A DNA stretch of 64,000 nucleotides. It comes from Burkholderiales bacterium. GTDB lineage: Bacteria; Pseudomonadota; Gammaproteobacteria; Burkholderiales; Burkholderiaceae_C. Shown one piece after another: positions 1 through 9,251 of the stretch; positions within the stretch are counted from its first letter, which is position 1, and each line of letters starts with the position of its first letter. A program made the translations under genes and the position numbers. The stretch spans positions 57,670 through 121,669 of the forward strand of contig JACPVA010000186.1 in the NCBI GenBank assembly GCA_016191995.1. Direction: 5' to 3'. The notes under the pieces were generated by a model, which was not told the origin of the DNA, searched no databases, and saw nothing but the letters and a program-made list of their open reading frames with translations.

Positions 1-3000
1 GCGAGCGCGGCCAGGTCCTGCAAGGTGCCGCCGCTGTCGCCGAGGTAGTCCGCCACCTGCGCGAACTGCGCGCTCATGTCGAGCAGCGCGACGAGCTGCT
101 CGCGGCCAGCCTCGGACGCGAGGTCGCGCGACTCGACAAGCGCGCGAAACTGCTCGCGCGTGCTCAGCCCTGCGGCGTCGATCCCGGCGGCGGCCAGGCT
201 CTGCGAGATGCCGCGCGCCGACAGCGCAGCCTGCTCCTCCCGGGAGTAGTACAGCTCCACGAACTGCTGCGTCTTGCCCAGCAGCGCCTCGATCCCGCCG
301 GCCATGCCGACGAGCGACTCGCGCGCGTCGATGCCCAGCGCCGCGATCGACGAGAAGACCCCTCCGAACTGGTTGAGCGACTCGCTCAGCGCCTGCAGCG
401 CGGACAGCCGCTCCAGCGTCTGCAGCGCCGTCTCGCCGCTGGCCTGGTACTGCGCGAGCGCACCGGCGTAGACGCCGGCCAGTCCGTCGGCGAAGCCGCC
501 GACGATCTCAGTGATCTTGGTCTTGATCTCTTCGTCGCTGAGCCCATTGAAGCTGACCTTGATTGACTGGCTGAACTGCTCCATCGCGGCCACGGGCAGG
601 CCGAGCACGTCGACATAGGAGCGCACCGTCGCGGCAACAGCTCCGACGCCGGCGTCCATGGCCGACTCGAAGTCTTCGTCTAGCGCCTGGCGCTTGGTCT
701 TGTCGTTGCGGAACCAGCCGCCCTTGTAGTACTGGTACTGGTTGCCGGCGATCCCTTCAGCCGACAGCTTGCCCTCGATGCCTTCGTCCTTGAGCTTGCG
801 CCCGAAAGCCCGGTTGACCATCCCGCCGATGGCGCCGCCCACGACGGAGCCGATGGGCCCCCAGATTGCGCCGATCGCCGCGCCGATGTTGACCGCGCCG
901 TTTCCGCTGCCCCACGCGGCGTATCCGTTGCTGATTGCGCCGCCGATCGCGCGGCCGCCCATGAACCCGGCGCCGGCGGCGCCGAGCGCGCCCAGGCCGA
1001 CGCCCGCCCCTGTGCCGTACATGCCGGCGCCCGTGTACTGGCTCATCGCGCCGCTGACGGATCCCCAGCCGCCATTCAGGAGGGCCGTCGCCCCGGCGTC
1101 GACACTGCCCGTAAAGCCGCCCAGCATTCCGAGAATGCCGGTGCCGCCGCCTGCCGCGCCGCCCGTCGACGCCGCCGCCGGCCCGCCCAGCAGCGACCCC
1201 ACTGCGCCCGTGACTGGCGCCATGATGGCGCGGATCGTCGGCTGCAGGACCAGCGTCTTGAAGGCGTTGACCAGCGTGTCGCGGAAGGCGTCCATGAAGC
1301 CCTTGCCGGACTCGAAGGCGTGCATCAGCGCATCGGTCAGCCCGCCCTGCACGGACTCGACCGTCTTGGCCCACTCTTCGGCCGTCTCCTTGGCGGCGTC
1401 GCGCGCCTCGATGGCGGCCTCCTTGGCCCAGCCCTCTTCCTTGGCCCGCTTCAGCTCGCGCAGCTCCTCGACCATCATCGAGATGCCGTCGAGCTCCTCG
1501 CCGCGCACGCCGGCGGCCAGCGCGGTCTGCAGCCGCTGCTCGGCCGTGGCCAGCGACTCGGCCAGGCGCGCGCGCTCCAGCTCGCGCAGCTCGGCCTTGC
1601 TCAGGCCAATCTGCGCGGTCTCTTCCTGCAGCTTGCGCACCTGCTCGGCGATCGACTTGCTCTCGTCGAGCGTCGCCGCGATCGACTCGACGCGCTGCTT
1701 GGTCAGCGCCTCGGCGAGTTCCTTGGCCGCCTTGTCGACCTCGGTCTTGCGCTCGAGCTCGGCGCGCTCGGCGGCGATCGCCTCGCGCAGCTGATGGGTG
1801 GCGCGGCTCAACCCCTCCTTGCTGGCGCGGTAGGCCAGCACCGCGTCTTCGCCCAGGCCGAAGGTGGCATTGGCCTCGCGCAGCTTGTCCAGCTCCTTGC
1901 GGTAGCTGTCGATCAGCTTGGACTGCTCCCCGGTGAGCTTGCCTTTGCCGGCGGCGAGCTTCTTGATCTGCCCCTCCTGCTCGGCGTGCGCCTTCTTGGC
2001 CGCGAAGCTCGCGATTGCCTCGTCGGCCATGCTGTCGGTGATCTCGTCGATCTGCTTCTTCGCGGCGCCGTATTCGGCGTCCAGGCGCGCGAGCTCGTCC
2101 GACAGACTCTCGGTGTTGCGGGTGCTCTTGACCACGTCGGCCGCCCAGCCGCGCAGCTTGTTGGCCGCGACATCCAGGCCGAGCGCTTTCAGCCCGACGC
2201 TGAGTTTGTCCAGGAACCAGCCGAGCGCGCCGCCCATGCCTTCGAGCGTGGTGCGCCAGGCCGCGCCGATGTAGGCCCAGGCCTTGCCGGCGCCGAGCTT
2301 GAGCAGCTCCCAGCCGGTCTGCGTGCCGTTGACGAAGGCGATGCCGGCGAGCTGCGCCTCGACGAAGTTCTCGCGCAGCCAGGTGCCGATCTGCCAGCCG
2401 GCGAACGCCGCGGCCAGGACGCCGAAGGCGAGCTGCAGCTTCCCGACCGAGCCGGTGAGCGTGAGCGTGCCCGCGTTGGCCGCCGCCAGCATGCCGGTGA
2501 GCGCGGCGGTGTGCGAGCCCGCGATGGCCGCCGCGAGCTGGTAGCGCACGATGGCGCCGGTGAGCGCCGTCTTGGCCGCAGCGAACGCGCCCACGATGAC
2601 GGGCGCCGCCTTCATCGCCGCCATGTAGCCGAGCACGGCCGGGCCGACCTTGACCGCCAGGTCCAGGAATTTGGCCAGCGGGTCGACGAGGGACGGCAGC
2701 ACGTCGGCGACCGCCTTCAGGCCCCGGGCGATGCTCGTGCTGATCCCGCCCATCTCGCGGTCGAGCGATCCGACCAGGCGCAGCGCGTTGTTCGAGATCT
2801 CGGTGAGCGCCCCGCCGATGGTCGGCGGCATCTGCTGCGCGACCGCGGACAGCTTGTCCGACCCGGCGAGGAAGGCGTCGAAGAAGTCCTTGGTGCCGAG
2901 CTTGCCGTCGAGCACGCGCCGGCGGAGCTCGCCCATGCTCACGCCCGTGCCGTCGAGGTTGGCGGCTACCACGCGCAGCAGCTCCGGCGCGCCGTCGATC

Positions 3001-3539
3001 AGCGAGTTGAACTCCTGCGCCTGCACGGTCGTGCCGGCCATCATCTGCGACAGCTGCAGCAGGGCGCCGGCGGCCGCCTGGCTGGACGTGCCCGACAGCC
3101 GCAGCGACGCCGCCACGCCCTCGGTGAAGCGCGTCATGTCCTTCTGCGACGCGCCCAGGTTGTCGGCCGAGCGCGCCAGGCCGATGTAGAGCTGCCCGAC
3201 CTCCTGCACCGGCTGCTGCATCCGGTTGGCGATGTCCAGCAGCCGCCCGAACTGCGCCGAGGCCTGCGACGTGCCGCCCGTGACGAGCGCCAGCCTTGCG
3301 TTCAGGCTGGTGAAGCCGTCGGCCATCTGCGCCAGCTCGCGCAGGCCGACGCCGAACAGCTGCAGGCCCTGCAGCCCGAGCCACAGGTCGCGCAGGCGGC
3401 CGATCTGGGTGCTGATGGAGCTGACGCCCGCACCCATGCGTTGCGGCATGTCGCCCAGCGCCTGGCCCACGCGCTGCACGTCGGCCTGCGCCTGCGCGGC
3501 GCCGGACACGCTCAGCCGGATGTTGACCGATTCAGACAC
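1..3539 (-). CDS. Phage tail tape measure protein (3' end outside window)
   Basis: Manual translation from GTG at 3539: MSESVNIRLSVSGAAQAQADVQRVG...LFGVGLRELAQMADGFTSLNARLALVTGG...ALLQLSQMMAGTTVQAQEFNSLIDGAPELL (tape-measure domain); follows tail chaperone genes; missing from the ORF track because it runs off the window. Confidence 0.92.
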   Translation of the reverse strand, partial: MSESVNIRLSVSGAAQAQADVQRVGQALGDMPQRMGAGVSSISTQIGRLRDLWLGLQGLQLFGVGLRELAQMADGFTSLNARLALVTGGTSQASAQFGRLLDIANRMQQPVQEVGQLYIGLARSADNLGASQKDMTRFTEGVAASLRLSGTSSQAAAGALLQLSQMMAGTTVQAQEFNSLIDGAPELLRVVAANLDGTGVSMGELRRRVLDGKLGTKDFFDAFLAGSDKLSAVAQQMPPTIGGALTEISNNALRLVGSLDREMGGISTSIARGLKAVADVLPSLVDPLAKFLDLAVKVGPAVLGYMAAMKAAPVIVGAFAAAKTALTGAIVRYQLAAAIAGSHTAALTGMLAAANAGTLTLTGSVGKLQLAFGVLAAAFAGWQIGTWLRENFVEAQLAGIAFVNGTQTGWELLKLGAGKAWAYIGAAWRTTLEGMGGALGWFLDKLSVGLKALGLDVAANKLRGWAADVVKSTRNTESLSDELARLDAEYGAAKKQIDEITDSMADEAIASFAAKKAHAEQEGQIKKLAAGKGKLTGEQSKLIDSYRKELDKLREANATFGLGEDAVLAYRASKEGLSRATHQLREAIAAERAELERKTEVDKAAKELAEALTKQRVESIAATLDESKSIAEQVRKLQEETAQIGLSKAELRELERARLAESLATAEQRLQTALAAGVRGEELDGISMMVEELRELKRAKEEGWAKEAAIEARDAAKETAEEWAKTVESVQGGLTDALMHAFESGKGFMDAFRDTLVNAFKTLVLQPTIRAIMAPVTGAVGSLLGGPAAASTGGAAGGGTGILGMLGGFTGSVDAGATALLNGGWGSVSGAMSQYTGAGMYGTGAGVGLGALGAAGAGFMGGRAIGGAISNGYAAWGSGNGAVNIGAAIGAIWGPIGSVVGGAIGGMVNRAFGRKLKDEGIEGKLSAEGIAGNQYQYYKGGWFRNDKTKRQALDEDFESAMDAGVGAVAATVRSYVDVLGLPVAAMEQFSQSIKVSFNGLSDEEIKTKITEIVGGFADGLAGVYAGALAQYQASGETALQTLERLSALQALSESLNQFGGVFSSIAALGIDARESLVGMAGGIEALLGKTQQFVELYYSREEQAALSARGISQSLAAAGIDAAGLSTREQFRALVESRDLASEAGREQLVALLDMSAQFAQVADYLGDSGGTLQDLAAL

Positions 3540-3579
3540 GGGCCGCCCTCACCGGCGCCGGGCGGCGCACAATCGGCCC

Positions 3580-3852
3580 ATGCTCGAACTTGTCGCGCTC
3601 CTTGCCCTTGCCGGCGCGCTGAAACTGCCCGGCGCGTGGCGCTGGCTGGCCTTCGGGCTGCTCGGCCCGGTGGCGCTGGTGCTGGCGGTGGCGTGGTGGC
3701 AGCGCACCGACCTGGCCGCGCAGCCGTGGTGGTGGTACCTCGGCATGCTGGCCGTGGCGGGGCTGGCGTTCGAGAACGAGCGCGCCCGGCTCAGGCGTGG
3801 CCGCTCCTCGAGCGACGATCGGCCCAGGCCGCCAGGGCGGCGAACTCCATGA
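3580..3852 (+). CDS. Small membrane protein, antisense to the tail operon (moron-like)
   Basis: 90 aa MLELVALLALAGALKLPGAWRWLAFGLLGPVALVLAVAWWQRTDLAAQPWWWYLGMLAVAGLAF..., about three hydrophobic segments. Confidence 0.5.
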   Translation: MLELVALLALAGALKLPGAWRWLAFGLLGPVALVLAVAWWQRTDLAAQPWWWYLGMLAVAGLAFENERARLRRGRSSSDDRPRPPGRRTP

Positions 3853-4180
3853 CGCACAGGTCGGCGAAGATGCGCTCGCGCCGGGCCCCCAGCGCCCGGA
3901 ATGCCGGGCTGGAACGCACGCCGGCATAGTCCAGCCCGGTCGGGCCCGCGAAGCCGCCGTGGCGCCACTGGGTCTGCACGGCACACCAGAGTTCGAGCGC
4001 CGGCACGTGCTGCGGCCACAGCCAGAATGCGCCGTCGCGCGCGTCGTCGGCGTCGCCTGCCCGGCACAGCCCGAAGGCCGCCAGGGCTGCGTCCGTGTCG
4101 TCGCCTGCTGGTGCATCGTCATCACCGCCGAGCCTCAGTTCGCCGAGCGCCAGCAGCCGCCCGGCCTCGGTCAGTTTCCC
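3791..4180 (-). CDS. DUF1799-like tail assembly chaperone extension, probably made by -1 frameshift from the upstream TAC
   Basis: W-A-V-Q-T-Q-W-R...G.GLDY motif; frame is open from slippery GGGAAAC (4180-4174) to the stop at 3791. Confidence 0.8.
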   Translation of the reverse strand, partial: GKLTEAGRLLALGELRLGGDDDAPAGDDTDAALAAFGLCRAGDADDARDGAFWLWPQHVPALELWCAVQTQWRHGGFAGPTGLDYAGVRSSPAFRALGARRERIFADLCVMEFAALAAWADRRSRSGHA

Positions 4181-4578
4181 CGGCGGTCCCGCGCCTCGGT
4201 GCGCACGGCGTCGCCGATGGCCTTCATCACCGCAACCGTCAGGATGGCCTCCGCGCCCATGAGGTCGAGCATCAAGGAGAACGCCTCCCGGCTGAAGGGG
4301 GCCGGCTTGTCGTCGTCGTCCAGCACGAGCCGCTGGTCGCGCCAGTCGTGCACCACGTCGAACAGCATGCTGCGGGCAGCGCGGCCGAGCTCCTCGGCCG
4401 ACGCCTCGTTGCCGAGTGCCGCCAGGCGCAAGACCTCGCTGAACGCCTCGGCGGATTCGGCCTGCGTCAGCCGGCGCAGCACCAGCGTGAACGAGAACGT
4501 CACGTCGCGCGAGCCGTCGCGCACCACCAGGCTCACGGGCGCATCGATGAATGAGCCGACCTTCAGCTTCAGGGCCAT
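4171..4578 (-). CDS. Phage tail assembly chaperone
   Basis: 135 aa between tail tube and tape measure; ends R-G-N-stop over GGGAAAC. Confidence 0.8.
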   Translation of the reverse strand: MALKLKVGSFIDAPVSLVVRDGSRDVTFSFTLVLRRLTQAESAEAFSEVLRLAALGNEASAEELGRAARSMLFDVVHDWRDQRLVLDDDDKPAPFSREAFSLMLDLMGAEAILTVAVMKAIGDAVRTEARDRRGN

Positions 4579-4585
4579 GGGTGCC

Positions 4586-5548
4586 TTACTGGGTGACGAC
4601 GCGGATCTCGTCGTTGCCGGACGACGGCACCAGGCGCAGGTCGAACCCGATCAGGCGCGATCCGGTGATCTCCTCCTTGCGCGGGTTGATCAGCTGCACC
4701 GCCGGCGCGTAGAGGATGATCTTGTTGCCCGCGGCGGTGCCGATCGTCAGGCCCAGGCCCTGCGTGGTGTTGGCCTTGACCGTGCCCATGAAGGTCACTT
4801 CCTGCGCCGCGGTCAGATCGACCTGCAGGCTGCCGGTGACGCTGCGGTCGGTCAGGTCGACGCGCTCGACGCTGAGCAACGGCACGAAGTTGACCGCGTT
4901 GCCCCAGTCGAGGTCGAGCCCGGTGGAGGGGTAGACCGTGCCGCCCGACAGCGCGCCGGCCGCGTAGGTGCAGCCGAGGGTGATGTCCACGACGTTGGCC
5001 TTGGCCATCGTCGGCGGCGTCTTCCATGCGGTGAGCGTGACCGACGGGTTGGCCACCGCGGTGACGCCGCCGTCGATGCCGGTGAACTCGAACTGCAGCT
5101 TCGGCCGGTCGCCGGCCTTGGCCGACAGCCGCACGTTGCCCATCGCGCCCAGCAGCTTATGCAGCACGCCGTCGTCGTGCCAATAGATGGTGACCGTCTT
5201 CAACGACGTGCTGACGGGCGTGTACTCGACGCGGTTCGGGGTCGCAAGCGACGCCTCGGCATGGGCGCAGGCCTGCATCAGCGCGCCCCAGGCCGGGGCG
5301 GTGGCCGCGGTACCGCTGCCGGCCAGCTCGACCGTGAACGAGCAGCGCACGAAGCCCGTGGCGACGAGCTGCTCGCTGCCGCCGAAGTAGGGGCGGATCA
5401 GCGCGCGGTCGACGTTCTGGGCCTCCAGCGGCGTGATGCTCAGCTCGCTGACCAGCACGGCGTTGGCGGCACCGGTGGGCACGGCATCGGTTCCCGCCGT
5501 GACCTCGATCTTGGCCAGGATGGCCGTGTTGCGGATGTAGCGCGGCAT
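4586..5548 (-). CDS. Phage major tail tube protein
   Basis: 320 aa MPRYIRNTAILAKIEVTAGTDAVPTGAANAVLVSEL...; beta-rich; position after capsid, before chaperones. Confidence 0.85.
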   Translation of the reverse strand: MPRYIRNTAILAKIEVTAGTDAVPTGAANAVLVSELSITPLEAQNVDRALIRPYFGGSEQLVATGFVRCSFTVELAGSGTAATAPAWGALMQACAHAEASLATPNRVEYTPVSTSLKTVTIYWHDDGVLHKLLGAMGNVRLSAKAGDRPKLQFEFTGIDGGVTAVANPSVTLTAWKTPPTMAKANVVDITLGCTYAAGALSGGTVYPSTGLDLDWGNAVNFVPLLSVERVDLTDRSVTGSLQVDLTAAQEVTFMGTVKANTTQGLGLTIGTAAGNKIILYAPAVQLINPRKEEITGSRLIGFDLRLVPSSGNDEIRVVTQ

Positions 5549-5554
5549 CTCGTG

Positions 5555-5692
5555 TCACTCCTGGGGTTCGTCTTGCGGCGGTGGCGGCGGCACGGGCACC
5601 CATCGACCGGCCTGGCCGTCCCAGGTCCAGCTGCCGCCGCCGGGCGGCGTGCCCTGAGGCTCGATGGGTGCTCGTGACGCGGTCTCGCTCAC
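5555..5692 (-). CDS. Small Pro-rich phage protein
   Basis: Manual translation MSETASRAPIEPQGTPPGGGSWTWDGQAGRWVPVPPPPQDEPQE fills the gap between genes. Confidence 0.6.
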   Translation of the reverse strand: MSETASRAPIEPQGTPPGGGSWTWDGQAGRWVPVPPPPPQDEPQE

Positions 5693-5699
5693 CGCGGAC

Positions 5700-5906
5700 T
5701 CACTGCTTGGCGGCCTTGCTGGCCGGCGCGAATTCCGGGCGCAGCGTCAGCCTTGGCGCCTCGGCGGCCGTCACGGCCGCCTCGCGTTCGGCGTTGCTGG
5801 CTCGCTCCGCATCGATGATGCGCAGGCCGCCCTTGCGGGCCAGAGCCTTGACATCCTCGACATAGCGGAATGTCGGGTGCTCGACGAGCCAGATCTTCTT
5901 GCTCAT
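5700..5906 (-). CDS. Hypothetical phage protein downstream of capsid
   Basis: 68 aa MSKKIWLVEHPTFRYVEDVKALARKGGLRIIDA; GGAG RBS. Confidence 0.7.
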   Translation of the reverse strand: MSKKIWLVEHPTFRYVEDVKALARKGGLRIIDAERASNAEREAAVTAAEAPRLTLRPEFAPASKAAKQ

Positions 5907-5921
5907 GGAGACGCCTTCCGG

Positions 5922-6893
5922 TCAGCTCTTGGCCTGGTCGCCGATCAGCACCACGCCGGCGGTATGCTTGATGTCGGTGGCGACCTTGTCCCAGTTCGTG
6001 CCCGTCGCCAGCTCGGCGTCGGTGGGCGACTTGCCGCCGTTGGTCTCGTCCCAGGTGTAGCCCTTGAGGGCCAGGCCAAACGAGTAGTCAACCTGCATCG
6101 TGGTCTCGATTCGGGTCTGGCCGTTGCTGGTCTCGATGTTGCTGACCACGTCCCCGCCATCGAACACCGTGGCAGCCCCGGACGTCAGGCCGAGCACATA
6201 CTGCTTGTTCGGGGCGCCGGCCACGAACAGCGACGGGGCATCGGTGACGATCACGCGCTTGCCCAGCAGCTCGACAACCGTCACGTTGCCGAACTCGAAC
6301 AGCTGCTGCGCGTTGGCCAGGTTCAGGCCGATCAGCTTGTGATAAACCTCGCCGGTCATCACGTTGGCCACGATGTTCCCGCTGGCGTCGCCGAACTTGG
6401 CGTGCGCGCCATTCAGGCCCGCATACGTGATGCCGTTGGTGGCGCTCACGTCGTTGGTGGCCGCCGCCTGGTTGGCGATGGCCGCGCGCAGCGCCGCGAC
6501 GGCGGTGTTGAGTTGATCCTTCAGCAGCGCCTCGGCGAAGTTGCGCGAGGCGACCTCGATGCCTTCGGCCGTGGGCTTGTTCAGCCAGGTGAGCTGCGAC
6601 GGTTCGTAGCGGATCGGGCCGAACCCGCCGGCGACCTTCACCGCGCTGAGCTTCAGCTGCGTCAGGTCCGTGGCTGCGGCCGCACCTTGAGCCGCGTAGC
6701 GGTCGACGCGGCGCTGCGCGCTGTGGACCGCGGCGAAGAACGACTCCTGAAGGAAGTCGCCGGTGAAGCCGCTCGTGGTCAGGCGGATCGCGCCCGCGCT
6801 TGACGCGTTGAATTTGTCGACCATCTGGGCCAGTGACTCGATGGTCGCCGGCATGACGTACTGGTTGAAGACCTGCATCTGGGACAGCGACAT
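5922..6893 (-). CDS. Major capsid protein
   Basis: 323 aa MSLSQMQVFNQYVMPATIESLAQMVDKFN...YSFGLALKGYTWDETNGGKSPTDAELATGTNW; follows scaffold. Confidence 0.88.
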   Translation of the reverse strand: MSLSQMQVFNQYVMPATIESLAQMVDKFNASSAGAIRLTTSGFTGDFLQESFFAAVHSAQRRVDRYAAQGAAAATDLTQLKLSAVKVAGGFGPIRYEPSQLTWLNKPTAEGIEVASRNFAEALLKDQLNTAVAALRAAIANQAAATNDVSATNGITYAGLNGAHAKFGDASGNIVANVMTGEVYHKLIGLNLANAQQLFEFGNVTVVELLGKRVIVTDAPSLFVAGAPNKQYVLGLTSGAATVFDGGDVVSNIETSNGQTRIETTMQVDYSFGLALKGYTWDETNGGKSPTDAELATGTNWDKVATDIKHTAGVVLIGDQAKS

Positions 6894-6925
6894 GGCGTGT
6901 GCTCCTGCTCAGTGGTGTGCGGCAG

Positions 6926-7618
6926 TCAGCCCCGCTGACCAGCCAGTTCGGGAAACCGCGCGGCGATGGCCGACACCCGCGCTTCGCGGTCGCCGGAGAG
7001 ATCGCCCTTCTTGCTGTTGCCGGAGCCATTTGGTCCGTTGCCGCTGCCCCGGTAGCCGCTCCCTTGGCCGCCGGCGTCCTCCGGGAGCAGGTAGTCGGGC
7101 CGGGTCTTGGCGAACCAGGCAACGCCCTCCTTGAGCGGGACGAGCTTGCCGTCCTCGGTCTTGAAGAGCAGGTCGTCGCCCTCTTCCTGCACGTGGCGCT
7201 CGATGAGCACCCGCACATCCGAGGGATTCCTGAATCGGTGGCCCTCCAGGGACGACGCGATCGCGCTCTCGCGGTTGCGCGTCTTGAGCGCGCCGCCCAG
7301 CTCGTCGCGGGCCTTGATCGCGTCGTCGCGCTCTCGCGCGACCCGGGCGAGCTTGGCCTCGTACTGCTTGACGGCGTCGGCCTGGCCTTTTGCGTCGGGC
7401 AGCTTGTCGAGGTCGGCATCGACCTCCACGCCCAGCCTCTCCGCGAACGCCTGCAGCCGGTCGCCCAGCTCCTTGAGCTTGGCGTCCTTGCCCTTGCGGC
7501 CGTCGATCGACTCCTTGCGCGCAGCGTCCCGCTGCCCGGTGAGCTCAGCCACGAAGGCCACGAGCTTGCCGTGCGTGTCGTCGTCGAGTGTCTTGCCCTT
7601 GAGTGCTTCCAGATCCAT
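6926..7618 (-). CDS. Capsid scaffolding protein
   Basis: Coiled-coil MDLEALKGKTLDDDTHGKL... with Gly-rich C-terminal linker GGQGSGYRGSG, directly upstream of capsid; AGGAG before ATG 7618. Confidence 0.75.
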   Translation of the reverse strand: MDLEALKGKTLDDDTHGKLVAFVAELTGQRDAARKESIDGRKGKDAKLKELGDRLQAFAERLGVEVDADLDKLPDAKGQADAVKQYEAKLARVARERDDAIKARDELGGALKTRNRESAIASSLEGHRFRNPSDVRVLIERHVQEEGDDLLFKTEDGKLVPLKEGVAWFAKTRPDYLLPEDAGGQGSGYRGSGNGPNGSGNSKKGDLSGDREARVSAIAARFPELAGQRG

Positions 7619-7688
7619 GCGGTGGCTCCTGCAGCGCGGCGCCGTCCCGGCTGGCCGTCGCACGGACCATCCCGGTCCGATGGCGCGA

Positions 7689-7747
7689 ACCATAGGGGCG
7701 CGTCGTGCCATGTTGGTTGCGGCTTTGGCACAGCGCGCGGCGACCAT
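7689..7747. promoter_or_regulatory. Candidate bidirectional late promoter / activator site
   Basis: GTGCCA(7705-7710)-N15-TGGCAC(7726-7731), with -10-like hexamers exactly 10 bp outside each half-site: TATGGT on minus (7694-7689) and GACCAT on plus (7742-7747). Confidence 0.5.
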
Positions 7748-7755
7748 GCCGCCCC

Positions 7756-9174
7756 ATGGATTGGCTCACGTACCGGCGCCGCTACGCGTTTCTGGCCGAC
7801 GTCCTGGAGGGCATCGGAGGCTTCAAGCCCGTCACCACGCTCGAGCAGGAGAACGGCCGGGCCGTGTACCGGCTCGCCGGCCCCACGCACCTGGTGCGCT
7901 ACCCGCGCGAGAGCGACGAGAAGTTCGGCGCCCGCAACCGGCTGGCCACCTACGAGAACCACCTACGCAGTGCCTGCGACCGATTCGTCGGCTTCCTCGC
8001 ACGCAGACGGCCGCACCGTAGCGAGGCTGACGCGCCGCTCGTGAAGCTCTTCCTCGAAGACGCGGACCTGTGCGGCAACCACCTCGATCGCTTCCTGATC
8101 TCGACGGCCACGCAGCTGCGCGCCCGGGGCGTCATGCTGGTCGTGATCGACAAGCCCGAGGGGCAGGCTCCCCAGGACCTGGCCACGCAGACCAGGCGCC
8201 GCGCCGTGCCCTACGTGCGCACCGCCGCGCCCGAGGATGTCGTGTTCTGGCGCATGGACAGCCTCGACGCGCGCTTCGCGGAGATCACGCTCGCGGCGTT
8301 CGAGTGGTGGGGCGACAAGCTGATCGAGGTCGAGCGCACCTACACCGTCACGGGCTGGGAGGTGCGCAAGGCCGGGGGCGGCCAGGTACTGGCCGCAGGC
8401 ACGCACCCATTCGGCGAATGCCCGGTGCTGCCCGTGACCGAAACCGGCGCCCCGTTTCCGGTGCTGGGCAAGTATGAGCAGATCGCCGACCTGAGCACGC
8501 GCCTTTTCAATGCGCGCAGCGAGCTCGACGAGATCCTGCGCGGCCAGACCTTCAGCTTGCTGACCCTGCAGGTTCCGCCCGACCATGCGGCGGGATTCGA
8601 CGCGGCCAAGGTAGGCGCGACGATCGGCACGCACAGCATGCTGGTGCACTCGGGTGACATGCCCGGGTTCATCGCGCCAGACGCAGGGCCGGCGCAGACC
8701 TACCTGGCCGTGATCGAGCAGCTGCGCGATGCGATCGCACGCATCGCGATGGAGGACATCAACGCCCCGGCCAAGTTTGCCTCGTCGGAGTCAGGTGCGG
8801 CGCGCCGCATGCGCTTCGACGCCATGAACGCCGAGCTCGTGGCCTTCAGCATGCAGCTGCAGGGGCTCGAACGCAGGATCTGGGCACTTTTCCACCGGGC
8901 GCTTGGCACCGAGGACCGGGTGAAGGTGCAGTGGCCCACGGACTACAACCTGGCCGACAGCACCGCCGAACTCGACATCCTCGCCTTGATGCAGAGCACG
9001 GGCTTCCCGCCCGAGGCACTTGCCGCCAAGCAGCGCGCGATCGCGGCCATCGAGTTCGACAACGAAGACGACGTGGTCAAGGCCGCCGTTGACGCCGCCA
9101 TCGACCAGGGCGCCCAGCGCGCCGCTGCTGGCGCCCCCGACCCGTCAGACGAAGACGGCCACGAAGAAGGCTGA
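7756..9174 (+). CDS. Phage portal protein
   Basis: 472 aa MDWLTYRRRYAFLADVLEG...HPFGECPVLPV...SESGAARRMRFDAMNAEL...VKVQWPTDY (SPP1-like portal motifs). Confidence 0.8.
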   Translation: MDWLTYRRRYAFLADVLEGIGGFKPVTTLEQENGRAVYRLAGPTHLVRYPRESDEKFGARNRLATYENHLRSACDRFVGFLARRRPHRSEADAPLVKLFLEDADLCGNHLDRFLISTATQLRARGVMLVVIDKPEGQAPQDLATQTRRRAVPYVRTAAPEDVVFWRMDSLDARFAEITLAAFEWWGDKLIEVERTYTVTGWEVRKAGGGQVLAAGTHPFGECPVLPVTETGAPFPVLGKYEQIADLSTRLFNARSELDEILRGQTFSLLTLQVPPDHAAGFDAAKVGATIGTHSMLVHSGDMPGFIAPDAGPAQTYLAVIEQLRDAIARIAMEDINAPAKFASSESGAARRMRFDAMNAELVAFSMQLQGLERRIWALFHRALGTEDRVKVQWPTDYNLADSTAELDILALMQSTGFPPEALAAKQRAIAAIEFDNEDDVVKAAVDAAIDQGAQRAAAGAPDPSDEDGHEEG

Positions 9175-9251
9175 CCATGCCGGCCTCTGCAGTCTCATGT
9201 GGGCCGTCGGTGCGCGACCCGAGCCCTCCCCCCTGACCCAAGGAGCCTGAC

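Noticed and set aside
757-3929. Very long ORFs 757-3384 (-) and 1320-3929 (+), and similar ones at 32035-35115, 42117-46859 and 47013-50171
   Set aside because: Arg/Ala/Gly-rich shadow frames of real high-GC genes (tape measure, kinase, tss genes) with no domain motifs
7726-7745. TGGCAC as a sigma-54 -24 element
   Set aside because: No TTGC -12 box at the required spacing; better explained as half of an inverted repeat
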